DNA of 63,128 nucleotides, filler included, from Aduncisulcus paluster (lineage: Eukaryota): assembly GCA_024181965.1 (NCBI GenBank). It is 8 parts of 8 records of this genome, joined end to end, with 100 filler letters (N's around TTAATTAATTAA, not from the genome) between each part and the next. Parts side by side here need not be neighbours in the genome. Positions count along the whole stretch, not along the records: positions 24,633 to 42,883 come from BQXS01011018.1; positions 42,984 to 48,171 come from BQXS01011019.1; 6 more parts are not named here. One strand, written 5' to 3'. The translations under genes were made by a program, and so were the position numbers. Positions 34,566 through 46,790 of this stretch are shown here, one piece after another. Position 1 is the first letter of the stretch. The number at the start of each line of letters is the position of its first letter. Under the pieces are notes generated by a model. The model saw only the letters and a list, made by a program, of their open reading frames with translations. It made no database searches and was not told where the DNA came from.

Positions 34566-37500
34566 TTATCCTTTCAGGACGACAGACACAGTGTATGGAC
34601 CAAAAGCAACCTCATCTTTGATCAACTCTTCACCAACTCCGACACCAAACTCAAGGATTCCCCTCCTCATTTGCTGAGCGATGGATTGTTCGTTCTTCTG
34701 AACAAAACCAACATCCTTCCCAGACACACAGACAACAACACTCTGGCTTGGCTCGAGATTAGCCTCCTTTCTAAGTTGCTGAACCTTTCCAACGAAGTGT
34801 CTGAGGGCACCGATATCACGGAGTTCATCAGTGACATCAGTGTGGAGAGCAACGATCATGGTTCCATCGGTGTGAGTTTCCATTCCAGCTAAGGAACGTG
34901 GAGAAACCTCAACGGAGAGTTCTTCATCAGTCAAATTGTACTCACCGATGGTGATCCTTCCAGTCTTCCTGAAAACAAGGATATCCTCGGCGGGGACTTT
35001 CTTGAGCTCTGCCATGATCTTCTTCATCTCACGACCGAATTTCTTTCCAAGGACAGCATAATTAGGTGTCAATTGGATCAAAGCAAATTTAGAAATCTCA
35101 CTTGAAACCTCCAAATCGAAGACGAACAGCTCCTTCTTGATGAGTTCCTTCATTCTCAAGCACTCATCGAGAACCTCAGCATCGGGATGAACGACAACGA
35201 CCTTGGAAAGGGGAGTCTTAAGACCAATTCCAACTTTGTCTCTCACACAACGTCCAAGCTCAATGGCTTTCTGCATAGAGTGGATGAGAGAGAGCAATTT
35301 CTGGTCAGGGGTGGTGACAGGGCTACGAGGAATGTCGAGGAAGTGAACAGATTCGGCGGACAGAGGAGAATCCTTGGGAAGGCAGCGGACAAGGTTAGAG
35401 TACACACTCTCGGCGAAGAAAGGAGTGTATGGAGACATGAGACGAACCAACTGGAACAGAACATAGTAAAGAGTCTCAAGGGCTTCGAATTGATCGTCAA
35501 CTACAAGTTTCTTCTCACACTCAGGTGTTCCGAAAGAGACGTCTGACTTGATTCCCTTCAATCTGTTTCTGTTGAGACGAACATACCAATTGGTCAGAGA
35601 GTTAATGAACTGCACGAGAACAGGAAGAACTGTGTGTAAATGGTACATCTTCATCTCATCAAGAACAAACTGGACAAGCTGACCAAGTTCGGCAACGATC
35701 CAGGAATCCATGACAGAGTGACGTTTGGGAACGAAGACAGGACAAGACGTTACGATTCCTTCATCCTCAAGAGCCTTCTCCTCCTCTTTCTTCTCTCCAA
35801 ACATGAGTCTAGGCTCGAAAGCCTTTCCATGCTTGCTCTCATACATCGTAACATTCTGTACAAGGAATCTATAGGCGTTGAACCAAGGCAGAAGGACGTC
35901 ACGAACCACTTCACGGACACCAGTTTCCTTGAAAGATAGAGGCTCGGCATGAACTGCTGGTGAATTGGTGAGGAAGAGACGCAGAGGGTCAGCTCCGATT
36001 CTAGACATGATCTCAGAAGGATCTGGATAGTTCTTCAGTCTCTTGCTCATCTTCTTTCCATCAGCAGCAAGAATGAGACCGTTCACAATGACATTGTGGG
36101 CTGGATGTCTTCCAAACAAGGCTGTGGACATAACAAGAAGGGTGTAGAACCAACCTCTGGTCTGATCAAGACCCTCGGCAATGAAATCGGCAGATCCACC
36201 CTTCTCGAACTCTTCCTTGCACTCAAATGGGTAGTGTTTCTGAGCAAAAGGCATGGAACCACTCTCCAACCAGCAATCAGCAACATATGGAACACGTTTA
36301 AGAGCAGGTCTCTCGGTTCCATCTTCTTTGGGACCACGGGGATCGGCAATGGTGATGTGATCGATCTTATCACGGTGAATATCAGTCACGCTGCCTTTCT
36401 CAAGCTCAGCCTTCTCCTCAAGCTCAGCAATGGACCCAATGACAATATAGTAACCATCCTCTGGGCTCTCCCAGATAGGTAAAGGAGTTCCCCAGAATCT
36501 GTTACGTGAGATGGCCCAATCACGGGCGTCCTTGAGCCAATTGTGGAACCTCTTCTCTTGAACAAATGCAGGAACCCACTTGCTCTTGAGGTTGTTAGCG
36601 ATGAGTTGTTCCTTGATCTCAGTGACACGGACAAACCACGAGGGGATAGCACGATACAAGAGAGGAGTGTCAGAACGGTAGCAGAACGGATAACTATGTT
36701 TGTACATTTCTTTCTTCAAGAGTCTTCCACGTTCCTTGAGATCGGCCATGATGGGAGCATCGGCATCCTTCACATACATTCCAGCGAAATCAGTGACCTC
36801 GGGAGTGAAGCATCCTTTGGGATCAAGAGGACACACGACATCTCCACCTGGGATGATGAGTTTGTTTGAGTGACACACACGGTAATCGTCTTCTCCGAAG
36901 AATGGAGCCACATGAACGATACCAGTACCACTGTCGTCGGTAACATAAGTGTCGCATACAACAGAGTGACAGCCATGCTTGGAAGCAAACTCACAGAAAT
37001 AGTCATAAAGAGGAACATATTTAAGTCCCTTGAGGTCAGATCCCTTAACAGTCTTCAAAATAGTGTATGGAAGCTTCGTAACTTTCTTCCCTTTCTTGGG
37101 TTTGGGATACAACATACAGAGACGGGACTTACACATCACGAAAACACGGTCATCTCTGGCCTCATCTTTGACGTAAACATATTCGAAGTCAGGGTGGACA
37201 CAGAGAGCCAAATTGGATGGAAGAGTCCAGGGGGTTGTAGTCCAGGCAAGGAATTCACCCTTGAGTTCATCACCAATGATGGGGAAACTGATGACAATGG
37301 CGGGATCGTGGACATCCTGGTATACTTGTTTAGCCTCAATATTGGAGAGAGGAGTGCAGCATCCGGTGGAATAAGGCATAACTTTAACACCTCGGTAGAG
37401 NNNNNNNNNNNNNNNNNNNNTTCTTCCCTTTCTTGGGTTTGGGATACAACATACAGAGACGGGACTTACACATCACGAAAACACGGTCATCTCTGGCCTC

Positions 37501-38304
37501 ATCTTTGACGTAAACATATTCGAAGTCAGGGTGGACACAGAGAGCCAAATTGGATGGAAGAGTCCAGGGGGTTGTAGTCCAGGCAAGGAATTCACCCTTG
37601 AGTTCATCACCAATGATGGGGAAACTGATGACAATGGCGGGATCGTGGACATCCTGGTATACTTGTTTAGCCTCAAAATTGGAGAGAGGAGTGCAGCATC
37701 CGGTGGAATAAGGCATAACTTTAACACCTCGGTAGAGGAGGTTGCGCTCAGGGGAGGCAAGTTCCTTGATACCCCACCAAACAGATTCCATGAAAGAGGG
37801 GTTCAATGTCTTGTAGTCATTGTCGAAATCGATCCAACGACCCATACGCTCAACAATAGCACGCCACTCATGGGAGTAACGCATAACAATAGAACGGCAT
37901 TCGGCATTGTACTTGGCGATACCCATTTCTTCAACTTGTGAAGGAGAGGTGATTCCAAGCTTTTTATCGATTTCATGCTCAACAGGAAGACCATGAGTAT
38001 CCCAACCAAAACGTCTTGGAACATTGTATCCATTCTGTTGCCAGAAACGACAAACGACATCCTTAATAGTACCAGCTAATAAATGTCCGTAATGGGGCAT
38101 ACCAGTGGCAAATGGAGGACCATCTAAAAAGATAAATTCCTTTTTGTCTTTTGATATTTTTTGTTGAGTTTCGAAAGCATCAATCTTCTTCCAATGAGCG
38201 AGAACTTCTTCTTCAAGCTCTGGAAAGTTTGGAATTTGAGGAGGAGCCTTCATGGTAGGAGTAAATTCTGGAGTTTCACCAGCCTTTGGTTGACCTTCTT
38301 CCAT
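34566..38304 (-). CDS. IARS1: Isoleucyl-tRNA synthetase, cytosolic (eukaryotic-type); split by an N20 gap and a 317-bp overlap
   Basis: DGPPFATGMPHYGH (HIGH), GWDTHGLPVE, AWTTTPWTLPSN, DWAISRNRFWGTPLP, EGLDQTRGWFY, KMSKR. Collapsing the overlap gives a continuous 1133-aa frame from ATG 38304. Confidence 0.97.
37084..37737. repeat. 317-bp duplication flanking the N20 gap (37084-37400 = 37421-37737); assembly overlap
   Basis: Identical except T37340 vs A37677 (NIEAK vs NFEAK). Confidence 0.92.
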
Positions 38305-38693
38305 AATGCAATCAAAACATAATCTCACTCTAACCACCTTGAATCATTGCTATTCATTGAATAGATCTCTATTCATCTATTCAAAAGGGAAATTGATGCT
38401 TAATAAAGTCATTTAATTACCAGTGGATTGTACATGTTAAGAATTAATTCAATGATCGTCGTTCCCTCTATACCCAACAGATTTCCAGTTGTGAAAATTA
38501 AATAAAACTAATTAATATTGCTTGCTAAATCGATTCACCAATACTAGAAAGAGTATTTTACTGTACAAATTCCAAAAATGAAAATCCACATTCCTTGTCG
38601 CAATTAAATCTTATTTTCCTTTTTTCATTGAATGAAATATAAAATCTCTCTTTTGGGTTAAATTTATCGACATAATTATTAATTCAAAAAAAT

Positions 38694-39434
38694 ATGAGTG
38701 AAGTTAAAGCTTTCCGATTACTAAAACATGGATCGCTGGATTTATTGCTATTTGCTGTTGTGATATTAGTTCTACCGGTTTGTTTGGAGATATTGGTTCT
38801 CAACTATGGGTTTTTATTACCAGCTTCCATCGTTTACTCAATTGCAATCATTTTCCCCCTACTTCGAAGGCGATCCTTACGTCTAAACGCTCCAAAAAAA
38901 CCCTCTTATTCATTGCATTTTGGAATTCTCATTACTTCCACAATTGTAGAAGTTTTACGTTATCTAGATCCAGATTGGTATTTTTTCCCTTGTTCCAGCA
39001 CTCCAACTGGAATTATTCTTACCTGTTCCCTTATTTCTATTGTCCATACTTATTCTCTTGTTTCTTTGAGAACGTTTTTATTTGAATCTCTCGTTCTCCA
39101 GTTCATTGCCGGAGTTGGTGAAACATCCACCTATCAAATTATGTCTTCCGTTGCCACTTGCGTTCTTGTCACAGTAATGGACTTAATTCTCGAATCTACC
39201 CTATTTTGGGTTCTTTGGCGTGCCAATTTCATTCTTCTCCCTTCGAAATCAGGAATGGATGTATTTTACATCTTGAGAATTTTGTTTCAAATATTACGGA
39301 CCCTCTGTGAAGGAATTATTGCATTATCTACTGATTCCATCCTTATTATTTGTGCCTTTGAGCTCTTTGCAAATGCAGGATATCTAATTGCCACTCAGAC
39401 TTCTCTTGAAGGCTCCTTGATCATCTATAACTAA
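38694..39434 (+). CDS. Multi-pass membrane protein, 246 aa
   Basis: ATG-initiated, strongly hydrophobic ORF with several TM-length segments. Confidence 0.7.
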   Translation: MSEVKAFRLLKHGSLDLLLFAVVILVLPVCLEILVLNYGFLLPASIVYSIAIIFPLLRRRSLRLNAPKKPSYSLHFGILITSTIVEVLRYLDPDWYFFPCSSTPTGIILTCSLISIVHTYSLVSLRTFLFESLVLQFIAGVGETSTYQIMSSVATCVLVTVMDLILESTLFWVLWRANFILLPSKSGMDVFYILRILFQILRTLCEGIIALSTDSILIICAFELFANAGYLIATQTSLEGSLIIYN

Positions 39435-39441
39435 TATTATC

Positions 39442-39540
39442 GAAATAGATAGAAATAGATAGAAATAGATAGAAATAGATAGAAATAGATAGAAATAGAT
39501 AGAAATAGATAGAAATAGATTGGAATAGATTGGAATATAG
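39442..39540. repeat. 10-bp minisatellite (AGAAATAGAT)n
   Basis: About 8 perfect and 2 degenerate copies immediately after the stop at 39434. Confidence 0.95.
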
Positions 39541-40002
39541 ATCATATGTTGGGTAATTGTGTCTTCACTGTTCCTCCTCTCTAATCTCACTCTCTCTTTC
39601 TCATGGTTCTATTTTTGTCTTTAATGCATCTATCCTCTTGCGATAAAGACTTAGAGTTTCTCAAGCCCTATATTTAGCGTGATACCTCCCAAAGATCTCC
39701 CAAGAAATTAACTCTCAAATGAAATTGAGATAGTCAATGATAATGACCATTTACTAATAGATATGTAAGGTTCACAGAGTACAGATATATTCAATGAGAC
39801 TCTTTAGTAACAGAGTCTGAACCAAATTATAGAAGAAAAAGTATGAAAAAAATATTTGAAAAAAAAAGTTAAGGATAACTCGATAAACGATAATCTTTGT
39901 TCATTTTTGAACGAAATTCACAACAATCGAGTCCAGATCGTTGGCAAATAATATGTTTTACCTTTTTGTTTTGTGAAAAACCATAAGAATTACTCCAAAT
40001 TC

Positions 40003-40005
<3 letters not shown>

Positions 40006-40045
<40 letters not shown>
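40006..40045. repeat. Poly(A) tract, 40 nt
   Basis: Uninterrupted A run in the intergenic region. Confidence 0.95.
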
Positions 40046-40046
<1 letters not shown>

Positions 40047-40263
40047 AAGAAAAAAATCTTATTCATATAATGTAATTTGTTAAAAAAATAAAATCGTTTT
40101 TGCCTGTAAGTTTGAGTATATTCATGATAAGGCTTACTCTTCTTCCTCATGTTCCAGAGGTAAAAGTTGCTTCTTTTTCTTCACTTTACGGCGTTTAGTT
40201 ACCAAAGATTTCTTGGCTTCCTCAGAACCGTCAAGACCAGCTTTTTTGCCGCTCTTCCCGCTC

Positions 40264-42883
40264 TTAGATGGTCTTCTTCTTCTTCTTCTTCTGCTGAAGT
40301 GAAGAGGAGGAAGAAGCTTTGGACGCGGAGTGTTTCTTTTTCACGACATCAAGAGAAGACATATCGAAGGATCCAGCTCTCTCACTCTCTTCAAGCTCAA
40401 TGTCATCCATATCCTCAGGTAGTCTTGAACTGTTACTCTGCTCGGTTACAGTGCTCAGACTATCCTTGCTTGTGGCTGGACTCATTCTCATTTCGCCCAG
40501 TTCAGCCTGGAATGGAGACACCTTCATTTCTTCAGGGGACAAAGATTGGACAGGGGACAAAGACTGGACCAGAGAGTCAGGAAGAACACCATCTCGATCA
40601 GGGGAACGTATGTCATCATCTTGTGAATCTCTTGGAGGAGAGTGAGGGAGAAGAATGGCATCGAGGGGTTGATTATCATCATGGGAAGAATACGAGAAGG
40701 GCGAAGAGGGTGCCATTGTTGAGATCTTCATACGGCTACTATATTTACGATCTTTTCCTTTCCTTGGGACACCCTTGGGAACAGTAAGGTGTGAGTCGCT
40801 GGTACTCAATGGAGCATTAGAGCTCTCCTCGTCCTCTTCCATCATCTTCTTGGCAATTGAATTGCCAGAAACGTGCTTATGTTTGTGGATTCGGGAGGAG
40901 GAAGCAGATGACGAAGGTCTTGACGAGGGTCTCGAAGAATCTCCAGAACTATCACGGGATCTTCTATCTGCTGAGGACCTTGAGACAGTGGGAGATGGCT
41001 TTCCTTCCATCTCAGAGGCTTGTTCTTGGTATACTCGGACAAACCCAACGCGTATTTCCTCTTCCACGAGTTCCTTGAGACTACTGAGTTGAGCCGAAGA
41101 CCGCTGAGAACTGTATTCGGCTGAACCACGCTTGAATGATATAGAATCGTGAGGAGAAGAATTATTATGCTGACCAATGACAAGATCAGGATTAATAATG
41201 CCATCCTCACATGTCTCATGGCTATGTTTAGGACGAAGAACGCAGAGCCAAATCGCAAGGATAATGGCTGTGACAAGGAGAACAATCGCAAGGGCACAGA
41301 GGAAAGGAAATACCCAATTAGAGAGCTCAATAATACGCTCTGAACACTCGGTGCCTGTGTATCCAGCCCCACACTTACATTGCCACTGAATGTCATCACT
41401 AGATATACACTCAGACCCATGACCATTGCAAAGAATATCGTCAGAGCTTGAATCATCCCAAGAATGTTCAGTTGAGTTAATATAACTATCCTCATCGGTC
41501 ATGATGCCAAAAATAGCATCGAAATAGAGCGAAGAAACACCACATATGTTGTTTTCACACTGTGGGCCAGCAAACCCAACACAACACTTGCAAAAAGCAC
41601 CCTCAGCCTCAGCATTTAGACCCACATCATACAGAACATCTGTATATCTCTCAATACTTGTCTGTGAGACTGTAGCAACTGATGAACACTGCCCGTTGAT
41701 GCATCCATCACATATAGATGGGAAGATACACCATCCATTCCCACTGGGATCAACATATCCCTGTGTACTACACTCACACTCAGCCGTATCATTATTGCAC
41801 GTTCCTCCACCACACACAAGATCATTGTCATCCACGGGGCATAGAGACCGACAATCATCCCCGTAGTAACCAAGATCACATGAACAGACTGTCGTATCAA
41901 CATTACAAGTCCCATGTCCACTGCATGCAGTTGAAGAGATGCTTGATGGACACACGCTAATGTCACATGAAGCACCAGTCCACCCACTTGAACATAGACA
42001 CTGAGAAGACACATTCCCATCCGCATCACTGACGAGAGAACAATAGGCATGGGAATCATTGATGGTGCACGAATCGCACGACCCATCATCAGGGTGGATG
42101 CACACAAAGGTATTGTCACCGAGGAAGTTGTCTAAGTAAGCATCTGGAGTGCACTCACATGATCGGGTGTTTATATCGCATGATCCATACTGTCCGTCAA
42201 TACTACACATCTCTGAGACAGTCCCAGGAACCACTGGGCATTCACAGTCACAATTGTCACCAAACCACCCCTCAAGACACACACAGGATGGAACAGAGTA
42301 AGTTGGATCATCGGATACTGAGAGACACTCCATCTGCGCGGGACATCCACCTGCACTATCCCTAAATGGAACATAGGAGTATGAATTCATAACGCCATTT
42401 AACACATCTGAGCTAGTTGTTTCAGAGTCACTGCTCAGACAGGACACTCCATCGACGTCAAAAACACATGTAAAAGTCGAGTCATGATCCCACCAGTTGT
42501 CAAATGAATCATAAACTTTCACATATCCAACATCACACCCGACCGTGAAAAGCTCAACGGAAGTGTCAGGATCAGTAATGTCCAACTCAAGACAGAATGC
42601 CGGAGTAAAGAAATCGAAGGATCCACAATCACACATCTGCCCGCTAATGATTGCTTGGAAGTTATCTTGTGTTAAAGACTGTGCAAATAGAGCAGCAAAC
42701 TCATCATTCGAATAATCGGAACATATAAAATCTTGCTGAAAATTGACAATACGTAGAGACGGTAGATCTGCCGATATAATTGCCGATATATCAGATAGAG
42801 GAGTAAAAAATATTATGATTGATTCAAATAAAGGCAGCGATGCCGGGGAAGATTCCGGTAGTGATCCGAATCCACTCAGACTC
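40264..42883 (-). CDS. EGF/tenascin-like Cys-rich type I membrane protein with upstream LRR-like segment, 5'-partial
   Basis: Repeated CxCxxGW/YxGxxC and CSGHGTC modules, TM WVFPFLCALAIVLLVTAIILAIWLCVL, Ser-rich cytoplasmic tail; frame open to the contig edge. Confidence 0.88.
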
Positions 42884-42983
42884 NNNNNNNNNNNNNNNNN
42901 NNNNNNNNNNNNNNNNNNNNNNNNNNNTTAATTAATTAANNNNNNNNNNNNNNNNNNNNNNNNNNNNNNNNNNNNNNNNNNNN
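42884..42983. other. Artificial contig linker
   Basis: N44-TTAATTAATTAA-N44. Confidence 0.98.
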
Positions 42984-43799
42984 GTGAGGACCCTTCCAGA
43001 AGAGGTTAGTGAGATGGTTGAGGAGGCTCTTACCAAGTTTGGTTGTGAAGTTATCCACTGTGATCCCATGGACAAGTTCACACAAGATCCCGAGACTCAC
43101 AACGTGTCTCTCCATCTCGGAAGTGGCCGTGTGATCGAAAGTGAGTACGTTCTTGTGGCTGCTGGCCGTACTCCAAATGTTAAAAGCTTGAACCTCGAGG
43201 CTGCTGGTGTCAAACAAGATGCTAAGGGTTACATCACCGTCGATCGTCTCCTTCGTACAAGTGTGAAGACTATTTGGGCCTGTGGAGATGTCAACGGTCA
43301 CGATCTTCTCTCACATGCTGCCATGATGCAAGGACAAGTTGCCCTGATGAACTGTGTGTTCCCTGTCGGTATGAGAAAGAACTTCAAGGATTGTGTTGTC
43401 CCAGCCACTATGTTCACCACACCACAAGTGAGTTATGTTGGAGCCAAACGCCATGAGCTTGAAAAGAGCGGTGAGAAGTTCGAGATTCTTCGCACAACCT
43501 ACGAGGGATACGGGGCCACATATGCGCAAGGGATTCGTGAGGGATTCCTTGAAGTTTATGCTACTCCTTTTAAGGGTAAGATTCTTGGAGCTTTGATGGT
43601 TGGAGAAGCTAGTGGAGAATTGATCAACGAATGGACTGTTGCCATGCAAAATGGTGTGACATGTTACGATATTATGATGACCATGCACAGTTTCCCAACA
43701 ATCGGTTGGCAGAGTGGAAGAATCGCTCAGATTTGGATGGAAAAATTACTCGAGAAGCATCCGAAGGTAAAAGGAATGATGTCCTGGATGTATAGTTAA
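42984..43799 (+). CDS. Class I pyridine nucleotide-disulfide oxidoreductase (dihydrolipoamide dehydrogenase/mercuric reductase-like), C-terminal half
   Basis: VLVAAGRTPN, TSVKTIWACGDVNG, LSHAA, PATMFTTPQVSYVG, GKILGA, ELINEW, MHSFPT. Confidence 0.9.
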   Translation: MRTLPEEVSEMVEEALTKFGCEVIHCDPMDKFTQDPETHNVSLHLGSGRVIESEYVLVAAGRTPNVKSLNLEAAGVKQDAKGYITVDRLLRTSVKTIWACGDVNGHDLLSHAAMMQGQVALMNCVFPVGMRKNFKDCVVPATMFTTPQVSYVGAKRHELEKSGEKFEILRTTYEGYGATYAQGIREGFLEVYATPFKGKILGALMVGEASGELINEWTVAMQNGVTCYDIMMTMHSFPTIGWQSGRIAQIWMEKLLEKHPKVKGMMSWMYS

Positions 43800-44206
43800 T
43801 ACTGAGGTGAATTTAAAGTATAAACAAATAATCAATTTATGAATTCTGAAATTTATTTGAATAATTTTTCTCGATTGATTTTCGAACCTGCCTTCAATTG
43901 AATACCGAGTAATTTTTTCTTTCATGCCCAAGTTGGGCAGCCCAACGTCTTAAAATTTTCTTCAAAAACTTTTTGAAATATTAATAAAATTGTACAAGAA
44001 TACTATTCTTATCTAGTAGATTTGGTTTATAGGTGTTGGCATAAACCTTTTACTTCTAAATGCAGACTTGATGACCAACAAAGTGAAGAAATTTTACAAA
44101 GTGGCTCCACCATATATTACATACTACTCCAAAGACAATAACACAGGGGGTTGAAAAATACATCATGTATATGAGCATGATGAAGGTCAAAAGGAGGGTT
44201 TGAAGA

Positions 44207-44275
44207 GTCGGTCGGTCGGTCGGTCGGTCGGTCGGTCGGTCGGTCGGTAGGTAGGTCGGTCGGTCGGTAGGTCGG
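44207..44275. repeat. (GGTC)n tetranucleotide microsatellite with GGTA variants
   Basis: About 17 units visible. Confidence 0.95.
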
Positions 44276-45105
44276 GGGCACCTATTAAGATAAATAAAGC
44301 TTCATTAAAAACCTCCCTCCTGAAAATGCGTTTTTTACCGGTTCATTCAAATCCATTTTGGAATTAGAGCAGGGGAAAGGTTTTTCTTAGTTTACCTGAA
44401 ATAATTCCCACCCGACTCTCCACAAAGAAGAAGATCATGGAGAACAAAAAAAGGAAAAAGATCTCGAGTGAGATGACAAAAAAAGTTGAAAATAACTTTT
44501 GGGGTGAATAATCAATATTAAATACTCATATATTTGAAGATTGAGAATATTTCTTTTGTGGAAAGAGAGGATTCGTCAGAAAAAATGGATTGTCAAAGTT
44601 CCTGATAACTCTGACTTCTATAGCGAAGGTATCCTTATTCTTTGCTTGTATCAATCATTGTACGGTGGAAATAAGCTGTTTTATTTCAGAAAAGGGATTA
44701 ATATCCTTAGGAGTAGAGCACGAGGGCAAGAGAATTATTGGTGATCATAAAAATTAAAAATAAAAGTGTAAAATGTAAATAAAATAAAAACATGCGAAAT
44801 GTATTTATAAATCTTATCTCAAATCTATATTCCAGATTTTTTTCGAATCCATTCAAGAATGAGATATGAGTTCAACGCAGTCGATTTGAAAGGGGTAATT
44901 GTAAAAGTCAAGTTATATTGGACAGAAAAAAGCAAAAAAAAAGTATTCGTTCAACCACAAATCACTATTTATAGATTCCAAAAATATATTCTTAGAAGAA
45001 AATGAATATATTCCGAATGAGATGTTTAAAAAAATAAGAAATGTGAATCATTCATAGTGATTATTCCGGCAATCTCCGATTGGGTCAACAATATTCTCCA
45101 TCCAA

Positions 45106-46317
45106 TCACTCGGGAGGAGGTGAAGAACTCTCTTCTTCCATCCGTCTCCGCCTCTCTTCAACATCATGAGGAATTGACTCTTCCATAATTCTGGGCATAC
45201 TTCCAGGAGATCCTCCATACGAAAACCCCACGAAAGGATCGCCTGAGGTGGCATGGTAAGAAGTTGGGGCCAACTCACGCTTCTTCCGCATCTTCTTCTC
45301 CTCAAATGACTCAATGGCAGTCTTCTGTGTGAATATGGGATCAAAATAAGAGATATCGTCATCGGACTTCAGTTTGGGCACAAAAGGTACTCGGACAGAA
45401 CGTTTCTTGAATTCTTTCCAATCGACATGGCTGAAGAACTTGTGTTTCTTGATTTCGTCAACGCTGCGGGCTCCAAGCCTCTTCTTTGGATCACGTGTCA
45501 ACAGTCCGAACAAAAGACTCTTTGCTGCTCTGGACATATAAGGAGGAAATTTCAAGGGGGCAGAGAGGATGCGAGAGAACATAACCTGTTGATTGTCGCT
45601 GTAAAAAGGTGGGAGACCAGTGATCATCTCGAAAAGAACCGTCCCTAGGGCCCACCAATCAGCAGCTTTTCCATAACTGCCACCTTTGAGCATTTCGGGA
45701 CACATGTACTCAGGAGTTCCACAGAAGGTCTTTGCTCCTTTGCTCTCCTTGAAATTGTATTTTGACAATCCAAAATCGGTCAATTTAATATGACCATCGC
45801 GATCAAGTAAAATGTTTTCGGGCTTGAGATCACGATATATGATACCTTTGCTATGAAGATAATCTAAGGCAAGAACGATCTCTGCCGCATAAAATGAAGC
45901 ACGCTTTTCATTGAAATAACCATCTTGTTTAAGATGGAAGAACATTTCTCCACCATTAGCAAATTCTAGAATCATATAGAGATTATCGCGGTCTTGGAAG
46001 GCAAATTCAAGGTTAACAAGGAAAGGATGGCGACTTTCAGCGAGAATCATTCGCTCAGCAAATGTGTGTTCAATCTCTTTTGCCTTGGCGATGTCTTTCT
46101 TCTTTAATATTTTCATTGCATATAATTTACCAGTATCTTTTTTACGAACGAGAATTACTTTAGCAAAAGAACCCTGTCCAAGAACCACAAGCTTATCAAA
46201 AGCTTCAACCTTACGAGGAGCACGAGGTTTTGATTTTCCAAACAGAATCTCTTCTTCTGGATCAATAGAATAGCGTCTTGTGGGGGATTCACCGGTTTTG
46301 CTTGGGGATGGTCCCAT
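45106..46317 (-). CDS. AGC-family Ser/Thr kinase (PKB/SGK/S6K-like, no PH domain)
   Basis: GQGSFAKV, YAMKIL, YRDLKPEN, DFG, TFCGTPEY, FDPIFT, hydrophobic motif FVGFSY; N-terminus MGPSPSK. Confidence 0.95.
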   Translation of the reverse strand: MGPSPSKTGESPTRRYSIDPEEEILFGKSKPRAPRKVEAFDKLVVLGQGSFAKVILVRKKDTGKLYAMKILKKKDIAKAKEIEHTFAERMILAESRHPFLVNLEFAFQDRDNLYMILEFANGGEMFFHLKQDGYFNEKRASFYAAEIVLALDYLHSKGIIYRDLKPENILLDRDGHIKLTDFGLSKYNFKESKGAKTFCGTPEYMCPEMLKGGSYGKAADWWALGTVLFEMITGLPPFYSDNQQVMFSRILSAPLKFPPYMSRAAKSLLFGLLTRDPKKRLGARSVDEIKKHKFFSHVDWKEFKKRSVRVPFVPKLKSDDDISYFDPIFTQKTAIESFEEKKMRKKRELAPTSYHATSGDPFVGFSYGGSPGSMPRIMEESIPHDVEERRRRMEEESSSPPPE

Positions 46318-46790
46318 TTATCCTAAATATTTAATAATATATAAGAGGATGTTTCCAAAATCATGGTTCAGGGTGGTTTCAGTTTCCCCAGGGGTTAGTC
46401 TATTAGATTCAAAAATTATTTTCAAAATTTTTTATTAGAATTCTTGAATATATTATTATTGTCGTAAAGTCTGTGAAATATCTATGAATCAATAGATATA
46501 AAAAGTCGACTTTAGTTTTCCTATCGAGAAGATCGGAAAACAATTAATGTAATTTTATGGATTTAATTTGAATAAATCCCGAAAAAAATAAAATATCATA
46601 ATTGTGGCTGTTCAGCATCCCCCTGAACGAATTATCTCATCTAGTTTAATGATACCCCTACATATATGCATTTCTTTAGAAATCTATTATCTTGCAAAAA
46701 ACTAATTTTATATACATTCCATGCAAAACTTAAGATTAGCCAAGAAACAGATTCCGTTTTCTGTTTTGTGCAAATATAAATATTTTTTAA

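Noticed and set aside
34464-38060. Numerous antisense and alternate-frame ORFs over IleRS and other long genes
   Set aside because: Shadow ORFs produced by codon bias and low-complexity tracts; no independent motifs.
40006-40045. Poly(A) tract as a retroposon tail
   Set aside because: No flanking direct repeat or recognisable element body.
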